Source of the DNA: Lachnospiraceae bacterium
GTDB taxonomy: Bacteria > Bacillota > Clostridia > Lachnospirales > Lachnospiraceae
Direction: 5' to 3'
DNA: 64,000 bases
Assembly: GCA_051880375.1 (NCBI GenBank)
Contig: JBJENV010000060.1
Span: forward strand, 9,228-73,227
A program made the position numbers and the translations under genes. Below the pieces are notes generated by a model that did not search any database, had not been told where the DNA came from, and saw nothing but the letters and a program-made list of their open reading frames with translations. Shown in pieces: positions 29,281 through 38,217 of the stretch. The stretch's first letter is position 1. Every line of letters begins with the position of its first letter.

Positions 29281-30102
29281 CTATAGCGGCATCAACTCCG
29301 GTTTCCGGTCTGTAAAAACACAATAGGAAGTAAATCCGCGGGAGAGCAGCAGCTCTCTCGTTTTTTCATATTCGGAGGCAATGGCAGCAGGGCAGTGTGC
29401 ATCGGAGCCGATGGTAAGAAGCGTGCCGCCAAGCTCGCGATAGCGCGAAAGAACCTCTGGCATCGGATGAAAACTGTCGAGTCCCGCCGCCAGACCCTTT
29501 GTGTTGATTTCCAATGCTTTTTCGTTCTTAACTAAGAAGCGCAGAATCTCGTCAATGACTTCCCTGTAATCTGCATACCGGTAGTCCTTTGTCCCGGCAA
29601 ATGCAGGAATATAACGAATGATATAGTCCAGATGTCCGAGCGAATCAAAGTCCGAAAACCCGGTAATCGCAGCAAGCATCGTATCAAAATACCTTGCCAG
29701 AGCAGTCTCCTTTGTGATACCTCTCCAGTATTCTTCTTCATACGGGTCTTTGTCCTCGGAGAGATGAACCGAGCCGAGGACAAAGTCAAACGGATAGTCG
29801 GAAAGAATCTGTTTCAGCTGTGCGTTGATATCCGGACGGTTCGGGCGAAGCCCAAGCTCAATTCCGATACGGACCTGAAGCGGAGCAGAAGTGCGAAGAG
29901 GTCCAAGCCGTTTGAAGGAATCCTCTGGTGAAAAGACAAACAACGGTGCTTCTTTGGTGCTTCCCGGATAATCTAAGTCCATATGGTCGGTAAAACAGAG
30001 AAAGGAAAGTCCTTTTCTTGCGGCTTCCGCCGCCATTTCTTCCGGGCTTGCCTTGGAGTCTGTGGAAAACAGGCAATGGGTATGAAAATCTGCAAGTATC
30101 AT
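29281..30102 (-). CDS. HisJ-family histidinol-phosphatase (PHP domain)
   Basis: DFHTHC..S.D start, FTDH, and the GS.H...GHLD pattern of PHP HisJ phosphatases. Confidence 0.75.
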   Translation of the reverse strand: MILADFHTHCLFSTDSKASPEEMAAEAARKGLSFLCFTDHMDLDYPGSTKEAPLFVFSPEDSFKRLGPLRTSAPLQVRIGIELGLRPNRPDINAQLKQILSDYPFDFVLGSVHLSEDKDPYEEEYWRGITKETALARYFDTMLAAITGFSDFDSLGHLDYIIRYIPAFAGTKDYRYADYREVIDEILRFLVKNEKALEINTKGLAAGLDSFHPMPEVLSRYRELGGTLLTIGSDAHCPAAIASEYEKTRELLLSRGFTSYCVFTDRKPELMPL

Positions 30103-30157
30103 GGGAAACTCCTTTCTGCTATCTGAGACGGTTCATAATCGTGGACATCATTCGTGG

Positions 30158-31939
30158 TTACCGGTGGATAGATGCCTGGTTGTCTAATAGGGTCAGCGAG
30201 GAAATGTCCGGCACCGCAACCATGGAGTAGTTGGTATAGTAAACGACAAAGCCCGGCTTTGCTCCGGCAGGCTTTTTAACCTGCTTTTTTTCTACATAGT
30301 CCACCTCGACCTTATCGTTGTCCCTGCCCTTGGAATAGTAGGCAGCAAGTGCTGCGGCTTCTTCAAAGGCACGGTCGGGAATTTCGTTTCCGTCCGCCTT
30401 TAAAATGACGTGTGAGCCCGGAATTCCCTTGGCATGGAACCACCAGTCACCGCCGCTTGCAAAATGAAAGGTCAGTTCATCGTTCTGTAAGTTGTTTTTT
30501 CCAACATAAAAATGGTAGCCGTCGCTTGAAACATAGTGGTACGGAGCATTGTTCAGTTTTATTTTCTGCGGTTTTTTACCACGTTCGGTGTGACGTCTGA
30601 TATAGCCGCTCTGAATCAGTTCTTCCTTAATCAGGTTCAGATCGTTTTCTGTCTGTGCCATATCCAGGGAAAGACGCACGGATTCCATGTAGTCCAGTGC
30701 CTCTTTGGTTTCCTTAATGTAAACGGAAAGCGCTTCCTCGGTACGCTTTAACTTGCCGTACTTTTCAAAATAGCGCTTGGCATTTTCCATCGGAGAGAGT
30801 GTTTCATCCAACGGGATTGTGATTTCCTCATTGGTGTAATAATTGAGTGCCTTCATGGATTTGGCACCCGGCTCGACACCGTAGCCGTAGGCAGTAATCA
30901 GTTCACCATAGACCTTGTAGGTTTCGCGCTTTTCGGTATCGGCAAGCTGCTTTTTCTGGAGGTCGTATTTCTTTGCTTCACGCTCGATGGTCGCATTCAC
31001 GATGCGGCGCAAATCCACGGATTTCTGGCGGATGCGCGTGAGCTGGTTTTTCTTTGCGTAATACTCCTCCAGCACTGTAGAAACAGAGTCGTAGCGACAG
31101 ATTTCCATGCCCTCGGTCCGATGCTCTTCGTAGCAGGAGAGCGGTACGGATGAAAATTCAACCGGCTTGCCGTCCTGAAACACAATGCAGGGAGCAAAGT
31201 CGCCGGAGGAAACAGCCTCTATGAAGCGCGCTATCGTCTTGAACAAATGGAGTGCATGGTCCGGCGCCACTTCGTTTGCCGGAAGGTCGGAGGATAATCC
31301 GGCACGGTGGCAAAGTTCCTCCGCCAGTAACGGGCTGATTCCGGTAAGACCGGTATAAAGAGCCTTGGAGAGCGGAAGCGGTTTGGACAGAACGTACTGC
31401 CCTAGCTCATCCTCCGTTAATGTCAGCGGATTTGCTTTTTCCACGGTCTGCGGCAGAAAATACGGTCTGCCCGGCAGTACCTCGCGGACGGAACTGACAA
31501 AGCCGGAAATGTGCTTGATACTGTCTACAATCGTATAGTTTTCGTCGCACAGAATGAGGTTGCTGTGCTTTCCCATGATTTCAATAATCAGATGCTTTTT
31601 TCTGACATCTCCGAATTCGTCGAGATGCTCTACCGTAAAGTCAAGGCTCCGCTCCAGACCCGGCTGTGTTACCGAAAGAATCCGGGCACTGTTAAAGTGC
31701 TTTCTTAGCAGCATACAGAAGTTCGGCGCGGTCAGAGGATTCGGTTTGTTTTCTTCTGTCAGATAAACAAGCGGAAGCGATGCGTCCGCCGATAACAGCA
31801 GCTTATACGTATCATACTGCTTGATGGAGAGGATGATTTCATCCCGTTCCGGCTGCGCTACCTTTACGATGCGCCCGCCGGAAAGCAGTTCGTTTAATTC
31901 CTTTGCAAGGTTTGCAATTACAATGCCGTCAAATGCCAT
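30158..31939 (-). CDS. rqcH: NFACT-family ribosome quality-control protein RqcH (FbpA-like)
   Basis: MAFDGI...L..EL...L.GGRI.K..QP start, a central coiled coil, and a C-terminal NFACT-R segment (WFHAKG.PGSHV). Confidence 0.85.
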   Translation of the reverse strand: MAFDGIVIANLAKELNELLSGGRIVKVAQPERDEIILSIKQYDTYKLLLSADASLPLVYLTEENKPNPLTAPNFCMLLRKHFNSARILSVTQPGLERSLDFTVEHLDEFGDVRKKHLIIEIMGKHSNLILCDENYTIVDSIKHISGFVSSVREVLPGRPYFLPQTVEKANPLTLTEDELGQYVLSKPLPLSKALYTGLTGISPLLAEELCHRAGLSSDLPANEVAPDHALHLFKTIARFIEAVSSGDFAPCIVFQDGKPVEFSSVPLSCYEEHRTEGMEICRYDSVSTVLEEYYAKKNQLTRIRQKSVDLRRIVNATIEREAKKYDLQKKQLADTEKRETYKVYGELITAYGYGVEPGAKSMKALNYYTNEEITIPLDETLSPMENAKRYFEKYGKLKRTEEALSVYIKETKEALDYMESVRLSLDMAQTENDLNLIKEELIQSGYIRRHTERGKKPQKIKLNNAPYHYVSSDGYHFYVGKNNLQNDELTFHFASGGDWWFHAKGIPGSHVILKADGNEIPDRAFEEAAALAAYYSKGRDNDKVEVDYVEKKQVKKPAGAKPGFVVYYTNYSMVAVPDISSLTLLDNQASIHR

Positions 31940-32235
31940 GATTTGTGTTCCCTTTTCTTTTCTGATAAAATTTCCTGAAACGCTTTTATTATACTTGTTT
32001 TTGAGACAGCATGCAAGATAGAGGATGGATATTGCATAATCAGACGGTTAATGTTATACTGTAACAAAGCAGATTTTCTCTTATTTCAATATCAATTCAA
32101 ATCAAATGGTTTTGAACGGCCATTTGTCTGTTTGTTCCTTCAGAAAATTCATGCTTTTAGGTTCCATTTAAAATGCAGGAGAATTCTGATGTGGCGGGCA
32201 GAGCATCTCCTGTGAATCATTTGCAGGGAGGTATC

Positions 32236-32958
32236 ATGGCAGAAAAGGAAAAATTATTACAGTGGCATACTGCATTTTATGCCGGAATTCAGATTGAGCT
32301 GGAGGAAGAGGCAAAATATCTGGTTTTTGAAAATGAGCATATGCTTAGTACTAAACCGATGCAGATTGATGTATTGATTATTAAAAAGAATACAGAGAGA
32401 AGCATCAAAAAGAATATCGGGCGGATTTTCAGAAAATACAATATTGTGGAGTACAAAAGCCCGGAGGATTACCTTAGTATTGATGATTTTTATAAGGTTC
32501 TCGGATATGCCTGCTTTTATAAATCAGATGGTAAAACAGTAAATGAGATAAAAGCAGAGGAATTATCGGAGGACAATAATCTTTGGCTTAGAAGTTTGAC
32601 TAATGATTTGCAAGAAACGGAATCAGTGGAAAAACTGGTTCGGGCGTATGGAAAGAATCAAAAAAATGATTTGTATACATCAGTCATGGATATTGTAGTG
32701 CGTGCCAACGTGAAAAAGTTTGATGAGGTGAGAAAAATGTGCGATGCATTGAAAGAATTAATGAAAGAGGAACTGGAAGAAAAGAAGCAAGAAGGAATAA
32801 CCCAAGGAATACCACTGGGTAATCAGGCAAAGCTGGAAGAATTGGTTGGAAAGAAAATCAGAAAAGGCAAACCCTTGGAACAAATCGCAGAGGATTTGGA
32901 GGAAGAACCGGAAACCATTCGACCGATTTATGAACGTTTAATAGAAGAATTGCAGTAA
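32236..32958 (+). CDS. Rpn-family PD-(D/E)XK recombination-promoting nuclease/putative transposase homolog, apparently shortened
   Basis: PD-(D/E)XK-like residues (QIDVLI...IVEYKSPED). The family N-terminus LLQWHTAFYAGIQIELEEE is one I recognise from multi-copy Lachnospiraceae genes. Start set at MAEKEK, with GGGAGG upstream. Confidence 0.55.
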   Translation: MAEKEKLLQWHTAFYAGIQIELEEEAKYLVFENEHMLSTKPMQIDVLIIKKNTERSIKKNIGRIFRKYNIVEYKSPEDYLSIDDFYKVLGYACFYKSDGKTVNEIKAEELSEDNNLWLRSLTNDLQETESVEKLVRAYGKNQKNDLYTSVMDIVVRANVKKFDEVRKMCDALKELMKEELEEKKQEGITQGIPLGNQAKLEELVGKKIRKGKPLEQIAEDLEEEPETIRPIYERLIEELQ

Positions 32959-32968
32959 GATAACGAAG

Positions 32969-33021
32969 AAAGAGCTTATACTTCCATGAAAATGTGTGTG
33001 TTGTGGAAGATAGGCTCTTTT
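32969..33021 (+). terminator. Intrinsic terminator after the Rpn-like gene
   Basis: AAAGAGCTTATACTTCCA / TGGAAGATAGGCTCTTT stem with one mismatch and one bulge, followed by a T-run. Confidence 0.55.
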
Positions 33022-33070
33022 ATAGTAACAAGGATTCTGGAACAAAACAATTCTCCTAAAACAGAACCCC

Positions 33071-33099
33071 TTGACATTAAATATAAGAAAGAATATACT
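33071..33099 (+). promoter_or_regulatory. Candidate sigma-A promoter of the COG0523 cluster (TTGACA-17-TATACT)
   Basis: Consensus -35 with exact 17-nt spacing, about 70 nt upstream of the 33172 start. Confidence 0.5.
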
Positions 33100-33171
33100 T
33101 ATTTGGATAGAGTTTCATAGAACAAACAACTTGTTTTATCAAGATATTTTTTATAGAAAGGGGTCATAACA

Positions 33172-34374
33172 ATGACAAAGATTGATATTATTTCCGGCTT
33201 TTTAGGTGCCGGAAAAACAACATTGATTAAGAAGCTGTTAGAAGGCGCATTCAAAGGCGAAAAGGTGGTTCTTATCGAGAACGAATTCGGCGAAATCGGG
33301 ATTGACGGCGGCTTTTTAAAGGACGCCGGAATCGAGATTACCGAGATGAATTCCGGCTGTATCTGCTGTTCCCTGGTCGGCGACTTCGGCAAGTCGTTAA
33401 AGGAAGTGCTGGACCGTTTTCATCCGGACCGCATCATCATTGAGCCATCGGGTGTAGGCAAGCTGTCCGATGTCATCAAGGCAGTGCAGGGAGTCAAGGA
33501 TGAGTTGACCGGAGCGGAATTAAATTCCTTCAGCGCAGTCGTAGATGCTTCCAAGGCAAAGGTTTATATGAAGAATTTCGGCGAATTCTTCAACAATCAG
33601 GTGGAGAGCGCAAAGACCATTATTTTGAGCCGTACCCAGAATCTCACACAGGAAAAGCTTGAAGCAGTGGTTGCCATGTTAAGAGAGCATAATGCAAATG
33701 CTGCCATTATTACAACTCCATGGGATGAGCTGGATGCAGGACTTGTGCTTTCGGCAATGGAGAAAAAGACAAGCTTTGAGGAAGAGTTACTGCATGAAAT
33801 GCAGCATCATCGTGACGAAGAGCATGAGCATCATCACCATCACGAAGACGGGGAGTGCAGCTGTGGACATCATCACGACGACGATGAACATGAGCACCAT
33901 CATCACGACCATGATGAGGACGAGCACGAGCACCATCACCACGACCATGAGGACGAGCACGAGCACCATCATCATGACCATGAGGACGAGGAGCATGAGC
34001 ACCATCATCATGAACATGGAGAGGAGTGCAGTTGCGGCTGTCATCATGACCATGCTCATGACCATGAGCATGAACATGAACATCATCACCATCATGCAGA
34101 TGAGGTATTTACAAGCTGGGGCAAGGAAACTCCGCACAAGTATGAAAAGGCAGAACTTCAGAGTATTCTGGAAAAGCTTGCGGATACGACCGAGTTTGGT
34201 ACGATTCTGCGTGCCAAGGGCATGGTTGCCGGTGCAGACGGTCAGTGGATTTACTTTGACCTTGTTCCGGGCGAATATGAAATGAGAGACGGAAGTGCGG
34301 ATTACACAGGAAGACTTTGTGTCATCGGTACAAACTTAAAGGAAAAAGAGCTGGAAGAAGCATTTTCCTGTTAA
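33172..34374 (+). CDS. COG0523/CobW-family metallochaperone GTPase with long His-rich insert
   Basis: P-loop GFLGAGKTT, metal-binding GCICCS, a His/Asp/Glu insert of about 100 aa, and a CobW_C-like end (GTILRAKG...). Confidence 0.85.
   Translation: MTKIDIISGFLGAGKTTLIKKLLEGAFKGEKVVLIENEFGEIGIDGGFLKDAGIEITEMNSGCICCSLVGDFGKSLKEVLDRFHPDRIIIEPSGVGKLSDVIKAVQGVKDELTGAELNSFSAVVDASKAKVYMKNFGEFFNNQVESAKTIILSRTQNLTQEKLEAVVAMLREHNANAAIITTPWDELDAGLVLSAMEKKTSFEEELLHEMQHHRDEEHEHHHHHEDGECSCGHHHDDDEHEHHHHDHDEDEHEHHHHDHEDEHEHHHHDHEDEEHEHHHHEHGEECSCGCHHDHAHDHEHEHEHHHHHADEVFTSWGKETPHKYEKAELQSILEKLADTTEFGTILRAKGMVAGADGQWIYFDLVPGEYEMRDGSADYTGRLCVIGTNLKEKELEEAFSC
33886..34026 (+). repeat. Four tandem 33-36-nt coding repeats encoding (E)HEHHHHDH(E/D)DE units
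   Basis: Units at 33886-33921, 33922-33954, 33955-33990 and 33991-34026 are near-identical at the DNA level. Confidence 0.85.
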
Positions 34375-34396
34375 TAAGAAAGGCGTGATTTTTAGT

Positions 34397-35347
34397 ATGG
34401 CGGCACAGATGGTTCCGGTGTATCTGATTACCGGATTTTTAGACAGCGGCAAAACCACCTTCCTGCGTGATACGCTGCAGGACAGTGAATTCCTCGACGG
34501 AGAAAAAACACTTTTAATTCTCTGTGAAGAAGGAGAAGAGGAATATGATGAAGCGGCACTTGCAGAAAGAAACGTTACGATCGTTTCGGTAGATTCGGAA
34601 GCAGAGTTTTCTCCGAGTTTTTTAAAGAACTGCCAGAAGACGTATGCACCGGAACGCGTCATGATTGAGTTTAACGGAACATGGAGTGTTTCGAGAATCT
34701 TAGACCAGGGCTTTCCGAACCGGTGGGAACTGGCGCAGATGATTACGACAGTCGATGCTTCTACCTTTGAAGCATATATGAGCAATATGCGCCAGATGAT
34801 GATGGAGCAGATTGCTTATACCGAGCTGGTCATTTTTAACCGTTGCAGTGCGGAAACAAAGAAGAACTCATTTAGAAAGCAGATTCGTACCATGAACCGC
34901 AGAGCACAGGTGGTGTATGAATCGGCAGACGGTGAGGACGGTGTTGAGGATGAAGTCGAGCTTCCTTATGATATGGAAGCTCCGATTATCGACATTGAAG
35001 ATGATGATTACGGCATTTTTTATCTGGATGCACTTGATGCGCCGGAAAAGTATGCCGGCAAGACGGTACGCTTTACTGCAATGGTTTACCGGGGAAAGGA
35101 AACGCCGAAGGGCTCTTTTGTACCGGGACGGTTTGCCATGACCTGCTGTGCGGAAGACATTGCTTTTATTGGCTTCTTATGCAAAGGCGAGCAGGCAAAC
35201 TACTTTAAAACAAGAGAATGGGTAAAGGTAACGGCACAGATAAAAACCGAATACAATAAGGAATACGGCGGAGAGGGACCGGTTCTTTACTTAAAGAACA
35301 TTGAACCGGCCAAGAAGCCGGAAGAACACCTGATTTACATGAATTAG
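34397..35347 (+). CDS. Degenerate COG0523-like P-loop domain fused to a DUF1980 (TIGR03943)-like C-terminal domain
   Basis: N-terminus VYLITGFLDSGKTTFL has no CxCC motif. The C-terminus GRFAMTCCAEDIAFIGF resembles the CC-motif domain of DUF1980 proteins. The start is ambiguous (GTG 34385 or ATG 34397). Confidence 0.55.
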   Translation: MAAQMVPVYLITGFLDSGKTTFLRDTLQDSEFLDGEKTLLILCEEGEEEYDEAALAERNVTIVSVDSEAEFSPSFLKNCQKTYAPERVMIEFNGTWSVSRILDQGFPNRWELAQMITTVDASTFEAYMSNMRQMMMEQIAYTELVIFNRCSAETKKNSFRKQIRTMNRRAQVVYESADGEDGVEDEVELPYDMEAPIIDIEDDDYGIFYLDALDAPEKYAGKTVRFTAMVYRGKETPKGSFVPGRFAMTCCAEDIAFIGFLCKGEQANYFKTREWVKVTAQIKTEYNKEYGGEGPVLYLKNIEPAKKPEEHLIYMN

Positions 35348-35397
35348 TCAAAATACTACAATATAGCGGCAGAGCGTGGAAAGGCACGGATATTGAT

Positions 35398-36327
35398 ATG
35401 GGACAAAGCATACAGTTAAATTTGGATGACGGAAAGAAGCTGGCTGCCCTCGGAAAGGCATTGTCCTCCGAAGTGCGGATTGAACTTCTGCGCCTTTTGC
35501 ACCACTGTAGCCTGAATGTGAACGAAATTGCGGAGCGGCTTGGACTTCCGCCGTCCTCCGCAGCTATGCATGTCAAGGTGTTAGAAGAAGCAGGACTGAT
35601 TCGAACCGAACTGCTTCCGGCAGTGCGCGGTTCCATGAAGGTATGCCATAAGGCGGTGGAAGAGATTGAACTTTTTTTAGGAACGGCAATCGGTACGGAA
35701 CAGGCAGAGGTCATCAATATGCCAATCGGTTCTTATGTGGACTATCAGGTTGCTCCGACCTGCGGACTGGTCAGCGAAAAAGGGCCTATCGGCGAAGAGG
35801 ATGAGCCGCGCTGCTTTTATCATCCGGACAGGTCGAGTGCAAGCCTGCTCTGGTTCGGATGCGGCTATGTGGAGTACCGTTTTCCGAACCATATGTTAAA
35901 GACCGCAAAAGAAACAAAGCTGGAACTGTCGATGGAGCTTTGCTCGGAGGACCACGAGTACAATTTCGACTGCCCGTCGGATATTACGGTGTGGGTAAAC
36001 GGGGTGGAGGCAGGAACCTGGTGCTGCCCGTCGGATTTCGGCGGAAGACGCGGTATCTGGAATCCGGAATGGTGGCCGGATAAAAATACGCAGTACGGCC
36101 TGCTAAAAACGTGGAAAATCACGGAAGACGGTACGTATATTGATAATGAGAAAGTGAGCGACGTCCCTCTGGAGGAATTCCGATTAAATGAGAAGGACTA
36201 CATTTCCGTAAGAATAGGAATCAAGGAAACAGCCAAACATAAAGGCGGAGTAAATTTGTTTGGTGAAGGCTTTGGCGACTATGCCCAGGGAATACGCATG
36301 GCGGTTTATTATGAAACAGAACTTTAA
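35398..36327 (+). CDS. ArsR-family HTH regulator fused to a ~200-aa Cys/Trp-rich C-terminal domain of unknown function
   Basis: The ArsR wHTH (RIELLRLL....LNVNEIAERLGLPPSSAAMHVKVLEEAGLI) occupies the first ~100 aa. I do not recognise the remainder. Confidence 0.7.
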   Translation: MGQSIQLNLDDGKKLAALGKALSSEVRIELLRLLHHCSLNVNEIAERLGLPPSSAAMHVKVLEEAGLIRTELLPAVRGSMKVCHKAVEEIELFLGTAIGTEQAEVINMPIGSYVDYQVAPTCGLVSEKGPIGEEDEPRCFYHPDRSSASLLWFGCGYVEYRFPNHMLKTAKETKLELSMELCSEDHEYNFDCPSDITVWVNGVEAGTWCCPSDFGGRRGIWNPEWWPDKNTQYGLLKTWKITEDGTYIDNEKVSDVPLEEFRLNEKDYISVRIGIKETAKHKGGVNLFGEGFGDYAQGIRMAVYYETEL

Positions 36328-38122
36328 AGAGGTCAGACAGATGATGAGAGCAAACAGAAAGCAGCTGGTGCTTTTTGAACTGCTCTATAAAGGCTTATTT
36401 GCACTGGTTATGCTTCCGTTACTCGAATTATCCTTACGGTTTGCAATCAAATTCTCCGGCTACAGCTATGTCACGCCGGAGAATATTTTTTATGTGCTGA
36501 AAAAACCGGTGACGATTGTCATACTGCTCATTCTGTTTGGAAGTCTGTTTTTGTTCTCTTTTGTCGAACTGATTTCAATGATTGTGTTTTTCAGGGCATG
36601 TGAAGAAAAACGGACGTTAAAGGTAACGCAGATACTGTTTCCGGGGTTTAAACGGGCGGTACGGATGTTAAAAACGCAGAATTCCGGCGGACTGATACTC
36701 GGAACACTTCTGTTTTCCGTTGTTTCCAACCTGCCGCTTTGGATTGCTTTTTATATGCGTTTTTCTGCCCTGCGCTTTTTACTGAATGAAGCATGGAGGC
36801 TTCCATGGTTTCGTATCGGTGGGTGTCTGCTGCTTTTTTTGCTTCTCTTTTTTGGATTTTTCGGACTTTTTGTCCTTCATTACTGCTGCCTTAGGCAGAC
36901 AACGTTTTTGCAGGGAATGAAAAGAAGCATCCGGGCCATGTTTTCTAATCGAGGGCGCGCAGCTGGAACGATGGTGCTTTGGAATCTGCGCTTCTTTGCT
37001 TTGGAGGCATTCGGATACCTGGCGATTCTGCTGCTTCTGATTTTTGTCGGCAGTTTTTTTGTGCCGGAGAACAGGCTGTTTGCATTTCTGCTAATCCTCG
37101 AGGACAATTGGAATCTGTATGGCGGAATGCTGGCGGCTACCATTGGTCTGGTGGCAGAGCTTGGAATGCTTTCTCATCTGTTTTATTTGCTCCCCGGTGA
37201 GGAAGAAAACAAAGACTTTTTGGAAGAGTATGATGAAAGCTTTTCCAGAGGAAAGCAGGATAAGCTGTTACGGGTACTCACTGTGCTTACTGTGGTCGGA
37301 AATGTCATCAATCTGACTCTTTTGTTCTGGAACGGCTCGTTATTGGAACGGGAGGTGCTGCAGGAAACTGCAATCACAGCGCACCGTGGTGCATCCTTAA
37401 CCGCACCCGAAAATACATTGTCAGCGCTTTCGGCGGCGATTGAAAATCTGGCGGACTATGCAGAAATTGATGTGCAGGAAACGGCGGATGGTGTTGTTGT
37501 GTTGATGCATGACTACAGCCTAAAGAGAACGACAGGACAGAAGAAATATGTATATTATACCACTTATGAAGAACTGAAAGAGTATGACTGCGGCAGCTGG
37601 TTTTCCGCAGAATTTGCGGGTGAGCGGATTCCGACTCTGGAGCAGGCACTGGAATTATGCAAAGGAAAGATTTATCTGAACATTGAACTGAAGGGAGCCT
37701 ACAACAGGGAGGAACTTGCGGAAAAGGTAGCACAGCTGATAGAAGAGTATGATTTTGAAAATCAGTGTGTGGTAACCTCCACCAGTCAGGAAATTTTGCT
37801 TCGGGTCAAGGAACTGAATGAAAACATCAAGACCGGATATATTATGTCTCTTGCCTATGGTGACTTTTATGAAAAAGAGGGCATTGACTTCTTTAGTATG
37901 AAGTCCTCTTTTATCGATGAAAAGGTAGTGGAAACGGCACACCGGTTTGGTAAAGAGATACATGCCTGGACGGTGAACTCAAGGAGTGAACTGGAGCGGA
38001 TGAAGTTAATCGGTGTAGACAATATCATTACCGATGACCCGATTCTGGCAAGAGAAGTCCTGGAGAGCGAAGGAATTTCCGGAACGTTATTTGAACTGCT
38101 GAAAATGATACTGCAAAACTGA
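36311..38122 (+). CDS. Membrane-anchored glycerophosphodiester phosphodiesterase (N-terminal multi-TM domain plus C-terminal GDPD domain)
   Basis: About 7 TM helices, then GDPD motifs AHRG...PENT, E.DV and HD. Start set at MKQNFKE (36311), overlapping the arsR-like stop by 17 nt. Confidence 0.8.
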   Translation: MKQNFKEVRQMMRANRKQLVLFELLYKGLFALVMLPLLELSLRFAIKFSGYSYVTPENIFYVLKKPVTIVILLILFGSLFLFSFVELISMIVFFRACEEKRTLKVTQILFPGFKRAVRMLKTQNSGGLILGTLLFSVVSNLPLWIAFYMRFSALRFLLNEAWRLPWFRIGGCLLLFLLLFFGFFGLFVLHYCCLRQTTFLQGMKRSIRAMFSNRGRAAGTMVLWNLRFFALEAFGYLAILLLLIFVGSFFVPENRLFAFLLILEDNWNLYGGMLAATIGLVAELGMLSHLFYLLPGEEENKDFLEEYDESFSRGKQDKLLRVLTVLTVVGNVINLTLLFWNGSLLEREVLQETAITAHRGASLTAPENTLSALSAAIENLADYAEIDVQETADGVVVLMHDYSLKRTTGQKKYVYYTTYEELKEYDCGSWFSAEFAGERIPTLEQALELCKGKIYLNIELKGAYNREELAEKVAQLIEEYDFENQCVVTSTSQEILLRVKELNENIKTGYIMSLAYGDFYEKEGIDFFSMKSSFIDEKVVETAHRFGKEIHAWTVNSRSELERMKLIGVDNIITDDPILAREVLESEGISGTLFELLKMILQN

Positions 38123-38217
38123 CGGAAAAATTGACGGAGAAACGGATACAAAAACGGATAGCAAAAGGAAGCCTAACGCATATCTTGATACTAAAGGATA
38201 GAGCGGAGGCTTTTTTT

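Noticed and set aside
33124-33136. A 6-1-6 palindrome (AAACAAcTTGTTT) between the -10 and the RBS of the COG0523 cluster. I considered it as a Zur/ArsR-type operator.
   Set aside because: It is too short to be significant, since more than 10 such palindromes are expected by chance in 64 kb. It does not match any metalloregulator box I can recall with confidence. It is only worth testing alongside the ArsR-like protein.
33692-34285. A 197-aa plus-strand ORF and a 116-aa minus-strand ORF (33787-34137) with bizarre M/T/I/V-rich sequences.
   Set aside because: These are off-frame readings of the CAY/GAY-rich His-Asp-Glu repeat in the COG0523 gene. The absence of stops is an artefact of the repeat's codon composition.
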